The translations under genes were made by a program, and so were the position numbers. The notes beneath the pieces are model-generated. The model was not told the DNA's origin and did no database searches. It saw only the letters and a program-made list of their open reading frames with translations. A DNA stretch of 64,000 bases from NCBI RefSeq assembly GCF_028641065.1, contig NC_073379.1, positions 41,850,001-41,914,000 of the forward strand, given 5' to 3'. The first letter of the stretch is position 1. Each line of letters begins with the position of its first letter. Shown here piece after piece: positions 48,795-63,110 of the stretch. This stretch comes from Leucoraja erinacea (Eukaryota).

Positions 48795-49544
48795 GTGATG
48801 CTCTTTACCTTTCGGGTATTGACATGATACATGGGACCCCAGTACTGGACATTAAACCATATATTCCAGATTATGACACACCTCGGGTTGACCCAATAAA
48901 TAATATAAATGAGTGTCGACTGCATCAAGTGCTCTCTGTGCCAGATGAGCAATGCCAAGGAATAACCAATCCAATCTCTGGGATGGTAACTGAGGAGAGT
49001 GATGATAAGGAATCTATTCCTGTCAAGGTGGCTTCAAAGGTAGCGTGTGATCGTTCTACTGAAGTGCAAGAACATTCTCCAAAGGATGGTATGTGTCCAT
49101 TCAGTAAGATAAAAGGTGAGACAGTGGTTGATGAAGGCAAGATTGCAAAGAAATCACCATCATTCATCGGCAAAACTCCCAAAAAGAAGTATTGTGAACA
49201 TCAACTAAGTGAGAAAGTTGATCGGCCTACTGGAAAAGGGAGTGCTTCTTATGAAAGTATACACAAAACTGTGGAGAAAATCCAAAGTCAACTGGTTCAC
49301 AGTGACATTGTAAGCCACATAACAGAAGAAGACCAGGCAATTTGTTTCAAACCTGAGAAATCCGTGGCGATCAGTCAGATGAAAAAAACAAAGAACGCTG
49401 TTGTTATTTACACGCCTTTGAATAAATTGTCCAATGGTAATATTGCAACGTGGATAAAACAGTCACCCGTGACTTCTTTAGATGTTCGATTCACCCCTCA
49501 TGCGGAAATGGATTTGCAGCAGTTTCAGGCTCCAGGAGGGTCAG
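48795..49544 (+). CDS. TRMO: TRMO exon 5 (large exon)
   Basis: Acceptor ctttcttAG (48793-48794); DALYLSGIDMIHGTPVLDIKPYIPDYD, a variable linker, then IATWIKQSPVTSLDVRFTPHAEMDL; donor caG|GTATGA at 49545. Confidence 0.96.
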
Positions 49545-50999
49545 GTATGAGTAGTGGTGGAGTAACTATTAATGACAAGACTGAATAGTGGAATCCCAAT
49601 CTCTGCTTTCTGACATTTCATTAACTTAACAATGAAACTATCCGATCAGTCGTGACACAGAAGTCTGGTGTTTTGGCCCACCATGCCTCTGTCAGTTCTT
49701 TGGTAAAGTTCTTGGCTCCTTCTCCATTACTTGTGGTCCTGAGATTTTTATTTTGTTTTGTTTCCTTTTTAAGTATCCAATTTGCCTTGGAATGTTACTA
49801 ATCTGTTTCCACCTCCCTTCCGTGTGCCTGTTTAATATGCCATAAATTGTTGAATAAAGTAACTAATTTTCCCACTGATTCCTTTTTCCTGTCACTTTAA
49901 GTTCATACCCTTTGGCTGCAGGCCCTGCTGCCGTGTACTTGTGTTCTGTATCATAACACATCATGATTTTCAAAGACCTATATTAAACCTGTGCATTTCT
50001 TCACTTTTTTCAAATGATTGATGTCCCTGATCCCTCCCATCTCTCCTGCACCTTCTCCCTGATCTTCACATTCTTTCTTTGGGTGCACTGTCCATACCAG
50101 AACCCAGCACTGCAAATGAGATCAAACTAGCGTTTTATAGGATTTAATAGTAACTTTGCATTTCTACTGTATGAATAAGTCTAAAGATCCTGCACGTTTA
50201 AAAGATGAGTACAAATGCACCCATCATAAATCAATGGACTTGCATAGAATTTAAAAAATAATTTAAATTAATCCTAGAATGGAAGATGCAGGAAGAGGGG
50301 ATTAGTACTTTTTAAATTGGGGCAGTTTGCATTTAAGTTGCCAATTATGAACCAAGCACAAATTCTGCACCATTATTTTTCACTTACTATACCAATAACA
50401 GGTTTGTTCACACATGGGATGCTGCATTTTGTGAGCATTAATCTAGATGTCTGAATATTTTTGTTAAAATGAAAATGTATGCATTTTGTTATTTATGAAG
50501 ATTAGTTACTTTTGAATGATGTAGAATACCTTGATCAAACAGCCTTGTGGCATTTGTTAAGTACTTAAGTTGTACTTTATGTGTTGGGTGTGGCTCGTTG
50601 AGTATTTGAGGCAGAAACATATGGGCTCAAGTGCCAGTTTTGAAAATTTAGAATAAAATCTGGGTTGATACAATAGTGGACTGAGGAAGTGCAATGCTGC
50701 TGGAAGTGCTGTCTTTTAGATGAGCTGCAACATTTGAGTCCGCTCTCTCGTGGGGCATAAAAGGCAGAAACAGAGATGATGAGTCCAGCTAATGCTCTGC
50801 TGAAATTACTATCATTGACCTGAAATGTTAATTCTGCGTCGCTTCCCATGGATGCTTTTAGATCTGTTCAACATTTCCAGCGTCTTCCCCCAAACCATCT
50901 GAAACATTTTTTTGTTTTTATAACCCTTTTTATGTTTCTTACATTTGTTTTAATGCCTGACCTCGAGTCTTAAATCTTTCACTTTCTTACCTTTTACAG

Positions 51000-51238
51000 A
51001 TCCAGACAAAGTGACATTGAAATATTTCCACTCTGTAGAGGAAATAAAGTCTGCCATGGTGGCTGTATTATCAGCTGATCCAAGATCTATATATCGAAGG
51101 AAACAGTGCAAGGACATGCTCTTTTACTTCACTTTGGATACTGCCCACGTCACTACTTGGTTTGGAGATGACTTTACTGAAATCTTGAGGATAAAGCCTG
51201 TGAAAGAGGAGCCTGATGTTGGAACAGTCTGCACTTAA
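51000..51238 (+). CDS. TRMO: TRMO exon 6 (last coding exon)
   Basis: Acceptor cttttacAG (50998-50999); DPDKVTLKYFHSVEEIKSAMVAVLSADPRSIYRRKQCKDMLFYFTLDTAHVTTWFGDDFTEILRIKP...CT*. The six exons sum to 1575 nt (524 aa + stop). Confidence 0.96.
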
Positions 51239-51856
51239 ATTCTTCTAGCTTGAGAACATTGCACTTTCTGTAAAATAATAGATCTATGTTAATGATCTTC
51301 CTGTGATCCGCCACGATATTGATCCAGCAATGACTCTAGTTTTTCAACCTGCATTTCCATTATTATTACACTGAAGGCCCCTCATTTTAATCGTGGGATT
51401 ACCATCCAAAGTGACGGTGCTTAAAATATGTTATAAATTAACGTGAAGATCTCGACCTATAATTGACTTCAGACTGGAAACAGTTTGTAACCTAGCCCTA
51501 AAGTCTTCAGTTGAATATAATAATTTATTTTGACAACTCTCATCAACTACTGTGATTGTTTTCATCTTTGGGTCAGGGCCACATTTCTGGCAAAATTGCT
51601 GGTTTCCACCAGTAATTTTAATTTCAAGCCAGTTTAATATCAGTGGTTCGGTTATTTCAGCTGTCAACCTCCCCAGGGATATAACGTGTATATATATGTT
51701 TCCATAAATACGGCATTCGTTAGTGAAACTGAAGGTCTCCAAACCTCTAGGTTATTTTCCCGTTGTTTTTTTTCTGCAATATTCACATTGTTTCATATCC
51801 TGTATTTTAAGTAGTATAGATCATGATGTATAGCCAAAATAATGTGATGAAGCAAA

Positions 51857-51866
51857 AATAAATAAA
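51857..51866 (+). terminator. Probable TRMO polyadenylation signal
   Basis: Overlapping AATAAATAAA about 620 nt after the stop, followed by a GT/T-rich tract (~51894-51925). Confidence 0.6.
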
Positions 51867-52692
51867 TCTTTTTACAAAGAAAAGTATCAGATATGTCCCT
51901 GTCTTTTCTTGCCTTTTCTTGTGATATTTTTCAAGCAGAATTTCACCAAATTATCTAATTTGTACTAGAAAGATTACATTAATTTTGCAATTAAATAACT
52001 CTATACAAGCCAAATTCTGATTATGCTTATGAATTTTATTATTTATCACCCGATTAGATGGTTTTCTGATGTCCCACGTTTTTGCAGCAGAACGCGAGCC
52101 GTGGTGCCCCTTTGGTCATGTGTGAAGCGTTTTTATATTTATTTCTTTTTTTTATTGCTTATATTTTGTGTTTAAGCTTTCCATTGAAATACTTAATAAT
52201 GAATAGATCTTAAAATCATGAAATAAATCTAACTTGCGCACCTATTTTAGCGATGCCTCATTCTGTAATCCCTCATGTCAACGCTATTTATAGCGCTATA
52301 ACAGGGTTTTTGCACTCGTGATTTAAAAAAAAAATTCAAACAACGTGATTATAATGACCCTGGAATGAACTACGGGCCACGTGGTGGTTATGTGCCGACA
52401 TTTTGTAAAGGAGCTTCGAAATTAATAAGTCCCATTTTTCACATTTTGAAAGTATCAAATTTTGGTTGACTTTCACCACAAATTAGCTCAAGGATCATTA
52501 TGTTTTGCAGATAAAGGATGTGCCATATATTAATGTCTGTATGTTCATTCTTCTTTTTCTTTCAAAGTGAATAAAACAAAGCCTGAAGAAATAGTTTGGT
52601 CTGAAAAAGCTTGTTTATTAAAAAAAAACTTTTTCTATTTTTGCCATGCGTGGAGATGGATGCAGGAAAAAAAATAGTTAAGCTTGCGTATA

Positions 52693-55298
52693 CAGTGCCC
52701 TCCATAATAGAGTATAGGTGCAGGAGTAGGCCATTTGGACCTACGAGCCAGCACAACCATTCACTGTGATCATGGCTGATCATCCACAATCAGTCCCCGT
52801 TCCTGCCTTCTCCCCATATCCCTTGACTCTGCAATCTTTAAGAGCTATATCTAACTCTCTTGAAAGCATCCAGAGAATTGGCCTCCACTGCCTTTTGAGG
52901 CAGAGAATTCCACAGATTCACAACTCACTGGGTGACAAAGGTTTTCCTTATCTCCGTTTCGAAAACGGCCTACCACTTATTCTTAAACTGTGGCCCCTGG
53001 TTCTGGACTCCCTCAACGTCGGGAACATGTTTCCTGCCTCTAGCGTTTTCAATCCCTTAATAATCTTATATGTTTCATTAAGATCCCTTCTCATCCTTCT
53101 AAATTCCAGTGTGTACAAGTCCAGTCACTCAATTCTATCAACATATGACAGTCTCGCCATCCTGGGAATTAACCGTGTGAACCTACGCTGCACTCGCTCA
53201 ATAGCAAGAATGTCCTTCCTCAAATTTGGAAACCAAAACTGCACACAATACTCCAGGTGTGGTCTCACTAGGGCCCTGTACAACTGTAGAAGGACCTCTT
53301 TGCTCCTATACTCTTCTTGTTATGAAGGTCAACATGCCATTAACTTTCTTCACTGCCTGCTGTACCTGCATGCTTACTTTCAGTGACTGATGAACAAGGA
53401 CACCCAGATCTTGTACTTCGCCTTTTCCGAACTTGGCACCATTCAGATAATAACCTGCCTTCCTGTTCTTGCCACCAAAGTGGATAACCTCACATTTATA
53501 TGATATGATGATATGCCATTTATTGTCACTATACATGTACAGTACAACTATCCACATTGAACTGCATCTGTCATGCATATGCCCACTCACCCAACCTGTC
53601 CGTCACCCTGCATTCTCATAGCATCCTCCTCACAGTTCACACTGCCACCCAGCTTTTGTGTCATTTGCAAATTTGCCAATGTTACTTTTAATCGCTTCAT
53701 CTAAATCATTAATGTATATTGTAAATAGCTGCGGTCCCAGCACTGAGCCTTGCGGTACCCCACTATTCACTGCCTGCCATTCTGAAAGGGACCCGTTAAT
53801 CCCTACTGTTTGTTTCCTGTCTGCCAATCAATTTTCTATCCATGTCAGTACCCTACCTCCAATCCCATGTGCTCTAATTTTGTTCACTAATCTGCTCTGT
53901 GGGACATTAGCAAAGGCTTTCTGAAAGTCCAGGTATGCTACATCCACTGACTCTTCCTTGTCCATTTCCCTAGTCACATCCTCAAAACATTCCAGCAGAT
54001 TAATCTAGCATGATGTTCCCATCGTAAATCCATGCTGACTCGGACTGATCCTGTTACTGCTAATGTTTGGGACAAAGACCCATCATTTATTTATTTGCCT
54101 CTGTACTCCACAATTTGAGATTTATAATAGAAAAAATCACATGTGGTTAAAGTGCACCTTGTCAGATTTTATTAAAGGACATTTTAATACATTTTGGTTT
54201 CACTTGAGAAACAAGAATACTTGGAGACATCAGCCAAACCTTAGGCTTACCAAAATCAACTGTTTGGAGCATCATTAAGAAGAAAATGAGCACTGGTGAT
54301 GACCACTGTCCGCAGAAGACTTATGAACAGAAATACAGAGGGTACACTGCAAGATGCAAATCACTGGTTAGCTGAAAAAATAGGGTGGCCAGGTTACAGT
54401 TTGCCAAGAAGTACTTAAAAGAGCAACCTCAGTTTTGGAAAAAGGTCTTGTGGACAGATGAGATGAACATTAACTTATATCAGAGTGATGGCAAGAGCAA
54501 AGTATGGAGGAGAGAAGGAATTGCCCAAGTTCCAAAGTATAACACTTCATCTGTGAAACACGGTGGTGAGGGTGTTATGGCCTGGGCATGTATGGCTGCT
54601 GAAGGTACTGGCTCGCCTATCTTCATTGATGATACAACTGCTGATGGAAGTAACAAAATTCATTCTGAAGTGTATAGACGCATCCTATCTGCTCAAGTTC
54701 AAACAAATGGCTCAAAACTCATTGGCTGGCGGTTCATTCTACAGCAAGACAATGATCCCAAACATACTGCTAATGCAATAAAGGAGTCTTTCAAAGCTAA
54801 AAAATGGTAAATTATTGAGTGGCCAAGTCAATCACCCGATCTGAACCCAACTGAGCATGCCTTTTATATGCTGAAGAGAAAACTGAAGGGGACTAGCCCC
54901 CAAAACTAACATAGCGAAAGATGGCTGCAATACAGGCCTGGCAGAGCATCACCAGAGAAGACACCTAGCAACTGGTGATGTCCATGAATCGCAGATTTCA
55001 AGCAGTTATTGCATGCAAAGGATATGCAACAAAATACTAAACATGACTATTTTCTTTCACATGACATTGCTGTGTCCCAAATATTATGGTGCCCTGAAAT
55101 TGGGGGGACTACGTATAAACACTGCTGGAATTTCTACAGGTGAAACCAAAATGTATAAAAATAGCCTTTATTAAAACCTGACAATGTGCACTTTAACCAC
55201 ATGTGATTTTTTTTTTTCTATTACAATCTCAAATTGTGGAGTACAGCGACAAATAAATAAATTATGGGTCTTTGTACCAAACATTATGGAGGGCACGG
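52693..55298 (+). mobile_element. Tc1-like DNA transposon whose left TIR is split by a CR1
   Basis: TA-CAGTGCCCTCCATAAT...[CR1]...GTTTGGGACAAAGACCCAT on the left; ATGGGTCTTTGTACCAAACATTATGGAGGGCACGG-TA on the right; transposase pieces RLQFAKKY, VLWTDE, QQDNDPKHT, WPSQSPDLNP. Confidence 0.92.
52709..54060 (-). mobile_element. CR1 LINE (RT to 3' end) nested in the Tc1 TIR
   Basis: SGVPQGSVLGPQLFTIYINDLD, KFANDTK; flanked by TAAT at 52705-52708 and 54061-54064. Confidence 0.92.
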
Positions 55299-55789
55299 TA
55301 CCTTGTGCCTCTCACCTCTGGGATTACAGTCAATACTCAATTTAGGATGGTGTTTGCCCATTAAAACAATTGTGGATGGTCAATTTGCACTTAAATGCCA
55401 ATTAAATAAATGTTTAATTGATTTTTAATTGGTGGTGGATGTAATGGTTGTTAATAATCTGGAAGTACATCTGTGGTCTATTTATTTTATAATGTGGTCG
55501 GAATGCAGTAGGAAGTGCCAGCAATTCTCCAAATAAACATGAGTATTGCAGTTGGAATACAGAAGTCCAATCTTGTTTGTCAATCCTTGCCAACCATTTC
55601 CTGATTGCACTTTGATGTTGGACTCCAATTGGAAAGTGCCACCAGCAGAAATCTTTTAACATTATGCTAGAGCATTTGTTTGCTGAATCTGGAGCATGCT
55701 CTGGCTGTGTTATATTATGATCTGGTTACCTAGTATTACTGATAATTTATTGTATTGCTGTATATTTATTTGTTGTTATTAGCAGCCTT

Positions 55790-56401
55790 AAGTGTGGGGC
55801 TACCATTGACTCCACAGTCAAAAAGGCTCAACAGAGGATGTGCTTCCTGCGGCAGAACAATCTAACACAGGCAATGATGGTCCAATTCTATACAGCCATT
55901 ATAGAGTCTGTCCTCACCTTCTCCGTCATGGTCTGGTTTTGGTCAGCCGCCAAGCACGACACCCGGAGGCTGCAGCGAATCATCCGATCAGCTGAGAAGG
56001 TTATTGGCTGCAACCTTCCCTCCATTGACGAACAGTACACTGCGAGGGCCAGGAAGCGAGCGGGTAAGATCATCTCTCACCCTGGCCACAAACTCTTTGT
56101 ATCACTTCCCTCTAGAAGGCGACTGCAGACTGTCAAAGCTGCCACAGCCAGACATAAAAACAGCTTTTTTTCCACGAGTAGTAGCTCTATTACATTACCA
56201 AAAATCCGTGGCCTCCTTTTGCTCTGGTATTTTATTTAACTCACATGTTTAATCAATAATGTTTTATTATTAATGTTTAATGTTTTATGTATCATTCTTA
56301 ACTGTCACTATATGTTACGTTGTCACTTGCTGGTGGAGCACCAAGGCAAATTCCTTGTATGTGAATACTTGGCCAATAAACATATTCATTCATTCATTCA
56401 T
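55790..56401 (+). mobile_element. Rex1/Babar-like LINE 3' end
   Basis: KKAQQRMCFLR, FYTAIIESVLTFSVMVWF, RLQRIIRSAEKVIGCNLPSI, ARHKNSFF; aataaa then (attc)n tail. Confidence 0.85.
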
Positions 56402-57509
56402 TATTACACTAATGGACATTGAGCTGCAGCAAGTAAGATTTTGGGGTTCCATTCCCAGTGCATATGACAAATAAACACTCTTAATCTCAGCAGGAAGAGG
56501 ATTCCACTGGCAATATACCATTCATCAATAGTTTACCAACCTGTTCCTTGGTTATGTCTCAGATCAATATTTAGTGGCCTAGTCATTATTTCATTGTTAA
56601 TTTGGTGCATGTTTGCTGTGTGTAAATTAGCTACTCTCCTGTGTTTCAAAACTTTAATTTTAAAAAAAACTAATTGCTGTGAGCTGCTCTGTGATGCCCT
56701 GAGTTGTTAATATACTGTATGGTCGGGTCATTTACGGCATGTGGCTGCTATTAATATGTCAAAGTGATCCACTTAATCACATGGTTTCTTTGCTAAGGAT
56801 CAAATGGCTAAGAAATATGTCAGAAGTCATAGTTTGGTGTTGTTTTTAATGTCAAAATATGGCCACATAGAAAAGGGAGGAAATGATGGACTAAGACTAA
56901 GTAGTGTATTACATATTGCAGGAAGCACAATAGGGAAAATGTTTCAACTATGATTTATAAGAAAAATGCAAAATAGTATTATATTACATGAATTGCTGCC
57001 TTTTCTAGCAACCATGTAAACTGAGGAATTTTAGAATCCAACAAAAGACATTTAAAAATTAAACTGCTGGAGGAACTTGAGCGTCAGGCAGTATCTGTGG
57101 AGGGAAGGGACAGAGGACATCTCAGCTTTGGATCCTTTAGGATCGTCAACAATTTGATCAAGGAAAAGAACAATAAAGTATAAGTGAAAAACATAAGAGC
57201 CTCCTGAAGCATGTGAAAAGGAGAAGGCTGGCGTTGGAGCGGCAGGGACAGTGGTTCCTTAGTGGGAAATTATATAATGAGAAACAAGGAAATGATTGAA
57301 GAATTAAACAAATATTGAGTGTCTTCACTGAGGAAAACACAGAAAGCTGCCCAGAAATAATGGTGAAACAAAGATCCAGTGAAACGAGGAAATGAAAGCA
57401 GTGAGTTAATAATGAAATAATGCCAATGTTTATGAGCCTGTTAGATCTAACGACTTGCATCCCACAGTTTTGAAAGATATTGCACCATTAGTGCCCATTC
57501 TTTAGGTTG

Positions 57510-58280
57510 TCATAGTCATATAGCATGGACACTGCCCCATCTATATTAGTCCCACCTGCCGGGTGTTTGGCCCATGCCCCTCTAGACCTATCCTATCCAT
57601 GTACATGTCCAAATATTTTTTAAACGCAATAGTACCTGCCTCATTTGCCTTGTCTGACAGCTTTCTGCCATATACCTACCACCCTTTGCGTAAAAAAAGT
57701 TACTCCTCCTCTGATCAGTCAGAAGCAGGGTTTCGGCCCAAAACGTTGCCTATTTCCTTCGCTCCATAGATGCTGCTGCACCCACTGAGTTTCTCCAGCA
57801 CTTTTGTCTACCTTCAATTTTCCAGCATCTGCAGTTCCTTCTTAAACACTGCTCCTATTAAATCATTCCCATCACTCAAACCTATGTCCTCTGGTTCTTG
57901 ATTCCCCTACTATGGGTAAAAGACTTATGCATTTACCCTATCTCTTCCTCCCATGATCCTATATACCTCTATAAGACCACCCCTCATCCTCTACGCTCCA
58001 AGGTATAAAGTTCTTGTCTGCTCCACCTCTCCCTATAACTGAGGCCCTCAAGTCCTGGCAACATCATGAATCTTCTCTGCACCCTTTCCAACTTGCATCT
58101 TTCCTATAACAGGGTGAACAAAACCAAACACAATACTCTAAATGTGGACTCACCAATGTCTTGTACAACTGTAACATGACTTCCCAACTTCCATACTCAG
58201 TACTCTGGGTGATGATGGCAATGTGCCAAAAGCCTTCTTGACCACCCTATCTACCTGTGGTGACACTTTCAAGGAAAGGG
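57510..58280 (-). mobile_element. CR1 3' fragment interrupted by a + strand PLE module (~57710-57849)
   Basis: CR1 reverse-complement sequence resumes after cttcttaaacac. Confidence 0.75.
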
Positions 58281-58350
58281 CCAATGTCCTATGTTCTGGT
58301 AATCGATCTTTAAACACCTTTATTTCGCTCTCTCACTCATTCCTTTACTT

Positions 58351-58482
58351 TGTTTAAGAAAGAACTGCAGGTGTTGGAAAAATCAAAGGTAGACAAAAAT
58401 GCTGGAGAAACTCAACGGGTGAGGCAGCATCTATGGAGCGAAGGAATAGGTGGCATTTCGGGTCAAGACCCTTCTTCAGACT
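58351..58482 (-). mobile_element. Solo PLE terminal module
   Basis: Minus strand ctgaagaagggtcttgacccgaaatgcc; full tail. Confidence 0.8.
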
Positions 58483-58930
58483 CATTAACTTTAATTATTT
58501 TTAAAATTTACCTTTTTGCTGAAGACCTTCGTTGTCGATCCTAAAATTTTCTTATATGAATTGTCAACTTTTGTATGATATTAATCCTGTGAAATACTTT
58601 GATAAATTAGATAAATTGCTAAATCTGTTTCATGAGCCATTGGTATTTTTTTCCCTAGTAACCTTTTGGTGTATAACTATCCAGATCAACAGCAGTTTAA
58701 CATAACAATTGTTCTTCAGTGTGAATTTCAAACTCACTGCTCTGAAAAATAATATTCTCATCTACTCAGAACAACCAAGATTTGCACAGCCTATTTTATT
58801 TAAAAGGCAAACACTCAAATTACATGCCATCTTCACAGAGATCTGTGACTTCCCGCCACCTCTAATACATCCCCCCCCCCCATGTATATTTAATTGCTTT
58901 ATCTGTGGAGGATAAGGTCATGCTCAGCTT

Positions 58931-59312
58931 ATAACCATATAATATATAACCATATAACAATTACAGCACGGAAACTGGCCATCTCGGCCCTACAAGTCCG
59001 TGCCGAACAAATTTTTTCCCTTAGTCCCACCTGCCTGCACTCATACCATAACCCTCCATTCCCTTCTCATCCATATGCCTATCCAATTTATTTTTAAATG
59101 ATACCAATGAACCTGCCTTCACCACTTCCACTGGAAGTTCATTCCACACCGCTACCACTCTCTGAGTAAAGAAGTTTCCCCTCATGTTACCCCTAAACTT
59201 CTGTCCCTTAATTCTGAAGTCATGTCCTCTTGTTTGAGTCTTCCCTATTCTCAAAGGGAAAAGCTTGTACACATCAACTCTGTCTACCCTCTCATCATTT
59301 TAAAGACCTCTA
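58931..59312 (-). mobile_element. CR1 3' end, same young subfamily as 8423-9721
   Basis: Nearly identical to ~9350-9720 (KLFPLRIGKTQTRGHDFRIKGQKFRGNMRGNFFTQRVV); (gttatatg)n tail. Confidence 0.93.
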
Positions 59313-60419
59313 CCTCTAGCTTCCTGGCCTCCAGACTATTCCAAGCTGCTGCAGCTGATCTTTACCATTTTTCATAGTCTGCTGCCCACTGGTGTATTAG
59401 AGAGGCCACCATTTGCTTTTCCTTCTATCCAGAAGAGCAGGCGTGAATTTGTGCCTGCATTGAAGATGCTCCCAAAGTTCATTGCTTTAAACTTGTGTCC
59501 TTGCAATGACTGCCCAGGTAATCTCCTGCAAGGAGCAGTTTATTGTAAATCTGCAGGTTCCCTGTTGCTTCCTTACACAAAGAACATGCTTTGACTGGAC
59601 TGTTTTTTACAACCTATCCATGTCCATCCCCTTTCCAGTTGCATTCTCACATCACCATTAATGGATCATTATTAATTTTGTTGCCACATTTCCCTACAAC
59701 TTGATGAGTGTTGTTCTGCTATAATCTGCTATATTTCTCCAAGAGCAAAGATTGCAACTGCATGCTCAATACAGATAACAGTGTGAACTTGAGATACATT
59801 AATAGAGAGCAGCACACTGTGCAATTCAGCACAGCATTAGACAGAAACACTTGACAACACTATTCTGTGAATCTCTCACTTGGATGTCTCTAAAGATCTC
59901 TCCCTGTATGCAACTTTCCGCCAACAATGGTCCATAATATTATTTTAAGGCATTAAAAGGTGGTGAAATAAATTTCAACCCTTCATCTCATTGAGCTGGT
60001 GGAGCAGATGAGGTGTGAATGAACCATTCCCAGAATATTCCTTTCTTTTAAAAAAGATGGGCAATAAAGATCTTTCTCTAAATGACATCTTGCTCAGCCA
60101 AAATGGTCAAGATTAGATATAGGAATTTTTGAAAATCTCAATTTTTAACAAACATCAAATGTGATACATTTCATGGAATAAATTTCAAAATGCCCCCTGT
60201 CCCTTAATCCCAAAGGAATATTTTTAATTTATTGGAACATGATCTGGTTTGCACAATTTCAGAACCACATTATGGAGACCACTTTTGGTCAGTGCCCCTG
60301 AACTTCCGGTTGCCTGCCAATTTATGTGGAGATACACCGTATAAACTGGCCCTTCAGCCCACCAGGTCTGCCTTGACCAGCGACCACCAATGCACTCATT
60401 CTATCGTGTTCAGGAGGGA

Positions 60420-60612
60420 CAATTACAGAAGTCAATTTATGGACAAACCTGCACACCTTTGGAATGTGGGAATAAACCAGTGCACCCTGAGAGAACCCAC
60501 GTGGTCACAGGGAGAAAGTACAAACTCCGTAAAGACAGCACCAGTAGTTGAGATCAAACCCTGGTCTCCAGCTCTGTAAGGCATCAGCTCTGCCTCTGCG
60601 TCATTGTGCTAT
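60420..60612 (-). mobile_element. V-SINE
   Basis: Reverse complement of the V-domain and tRNA head as at 2196. Confidence 0.7.
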
Positions 60613-62484
60613 CACCATACTGCTCCCACTCTGACCTTTATGTCTGTGGCCTCCCGCAGTGGTACATCATGAGCCAACACACCTTATCTTTCACATTTGC
60701 AGCCTTTCTTTTACGTTTACTTGTATACTCTGGTAGGATGCATATATCGTAATCGTGCCAGATGATCTAATGTTACCAACACATTACACAAACAAAGAAA
60801 CATGGCATAGTTTTTCACCTATCAGGGAACCACAGGGAATTTGTATTATTCCACCCACTGCCTTCCCCCAATTATCTGCAGAGACTCAAACCGGAATGTC
60901 AACTATCCCTCTGCTTCTGTAAAAGCTGCTCCACCTGCTGATTTTCTACAGCAGTTTGTATTTTGCTTTCTGCTTGACTAATATTTTTTCATGACTGATT
61001 TTTTTGATGTGATGAAAGGTTTCATCAGTGGCATATTAACTGTTTCACTATTTTACCATTACTATGTCAAATTCTTGGAACTCTCTAACCAAACGATAGT
61101 GGGAGCTCTTCACCCTGCACAGACCAAAATGGTACATTGGTTTACTATTACTTTCTGAAGGGCAGACTGGAAAGGTAAACATATATATTGGCTTCACCTG
61201 CATTGCCATCAGCCTTAATTTAAAAAAATGAATACCACTATTTGTTTGGTCATAAATAAAACTATCAACGTTTAAGAAAACATTTGGACAGGTACATGGA
61301 TAGGACAGGTTTAGAGAGGTATGAGCCAAATGCAGGGAGGTGGGACTAGTGTAGATGGGACATGTTGGTAAGTGTGGGCAAGTTTAGCCGAAGGGCCTCT
61401 TTCCACCCTGTATGACACTGACTCTATGACTCTAACTATTTGCTTAACAAAGCACTTCCCAAAGTCCAGAGTAATGCTAAAAGTAACATAGGCTGACAAT
61501 TGTTCCCATCTTACTTGACTCCACTGAAATTAATTATCTGTTTGAACCGTATGCAAATTGGAAGCTGCTTTTCCTATAATACAACCGTGTCCTTTCACCA
61601 AAAAAAATAGCTACACTTCAAATAGCAACAACCATAATATCAATTTACATACATCTTTTATAAGGCAAAACACACTACAATGCTTCACTGGAGTGTTATC
61701 CACCAAATAAAGATGCTAATAAAGGAATATTAAAGGATTGGATTAAAAGCTAGGTCCAAAGCTAGCCGTTTACGTGGGAAGAGAGGGAAGGAATTTCACA
61801 GCATTAGTATTTGTTCCTGTCGACATGGCTGACAATGGTGGGTCAATTAAATACTGGAATGATCAATAAATCAGATTTAGAGGAGATGGATGAGGGCTTT
61901 AAGACTGAGGAGATTAGAGAGATATTAAAAAGTATTTGAAAACAAAGATAAAAATTGGAACATTGAGACATTGCTTAAGCAGGATCCAAAGTAAAACAAG
62001 CACAAGGCATGATGGTGAACAGAAGCTGTTGCAAAATGACATCACTGCAATAGAGAGTTGGATGATCCCAAATTTGTAAAGGATAGGATGAGGGAGGTTG
62101 GTTTAGAGTGTATTGGAACAGTCAAGTATAAAAGCATGAAAGTTATGGATGAGAGCTTCAGCAACAGATTATCTGAGATGGGTATAGAATCAGGAGATGT
62201 TAAATATAAAGATGGTTGATCTTGGTGATGATTTGAAGCTTGATCTTAGGGTCAAATAGGACAATAGAGATAAACATGCAGGTTGGTTTGAGTGAGGGAT
62301 GAACTCGGTGTCTGGGAAACAACATTGACAGCTTTGGTCTTACAATATTTAATAGAAAACAGTTTGTGCCTATCTAGTCCCGTATGTTGGGCAGTTTAAC
62401 AATTTAAATACAGTGGAAGGGTCAAGAATCTGTACTGAGGTATACGTAGGTGTGCATTTAGTTCATTCTGTTCTGTATAATGTT

Positions 62485-63110
62485 TAGAAACATAGAAACG
62501 TAGAAATTAGGTGCAGGAGTAGGCCATTCGGCCCTTCGAGCCTGCACCGCCATTTAATATGATCATGGCTGATCATCCAACTCAGTATCCTGTACCTGCC
62601 TTCTCTCCCTAGCCCCTGACCCCTTTAGCCACAAGGGCCACATCTAACTCCCTCTTAAATATAGCCAATGAACTGGCCTCAACTACCTTCTGTGACAGAG
62701 AATTCCAGAGATTCACCACTCTCTGTGTGAAAAATGTGTTTCTCATCTCGGTCTTAAAAGATTTCCCCCTTATCCTTAAACTGTGACCCCTTGTTCTGGA
62801 CTTCCCCAACATCGGGAACAATCTTCCTGCATCTAGCCTGTCCAACCCCTTAAGAATTTTGTAAGTTTCTATAAGATCCCCCCTCAATCTTCTAAATTCT
62901 AGCTAGTACAAGCCGAGTCTATCCAGTCTTTTTTCATATGAAAATCCTGACATCCCTGGAATCAGTCTGGTGAATCTTCTCTGTACTCCATCTATGGCAA
63001 GAATGTCTTTCCTCAGATTAGGAGACCAAAACTGTACGCAATACAGGTGTGGTCTCACCAAGACCCTGTACAACTGCAGTAGTACCTCCCTGCTCCTATA
63101 CTCAAATCCT
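62485..63110 (-). mobile_element. CR1 3' fragment
   Basis: GFEYRSREVLLQLYRVLVRPHL...MRGDLIETYKILKG; (TTTCTATG)n tail. Confidence 0.92.
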
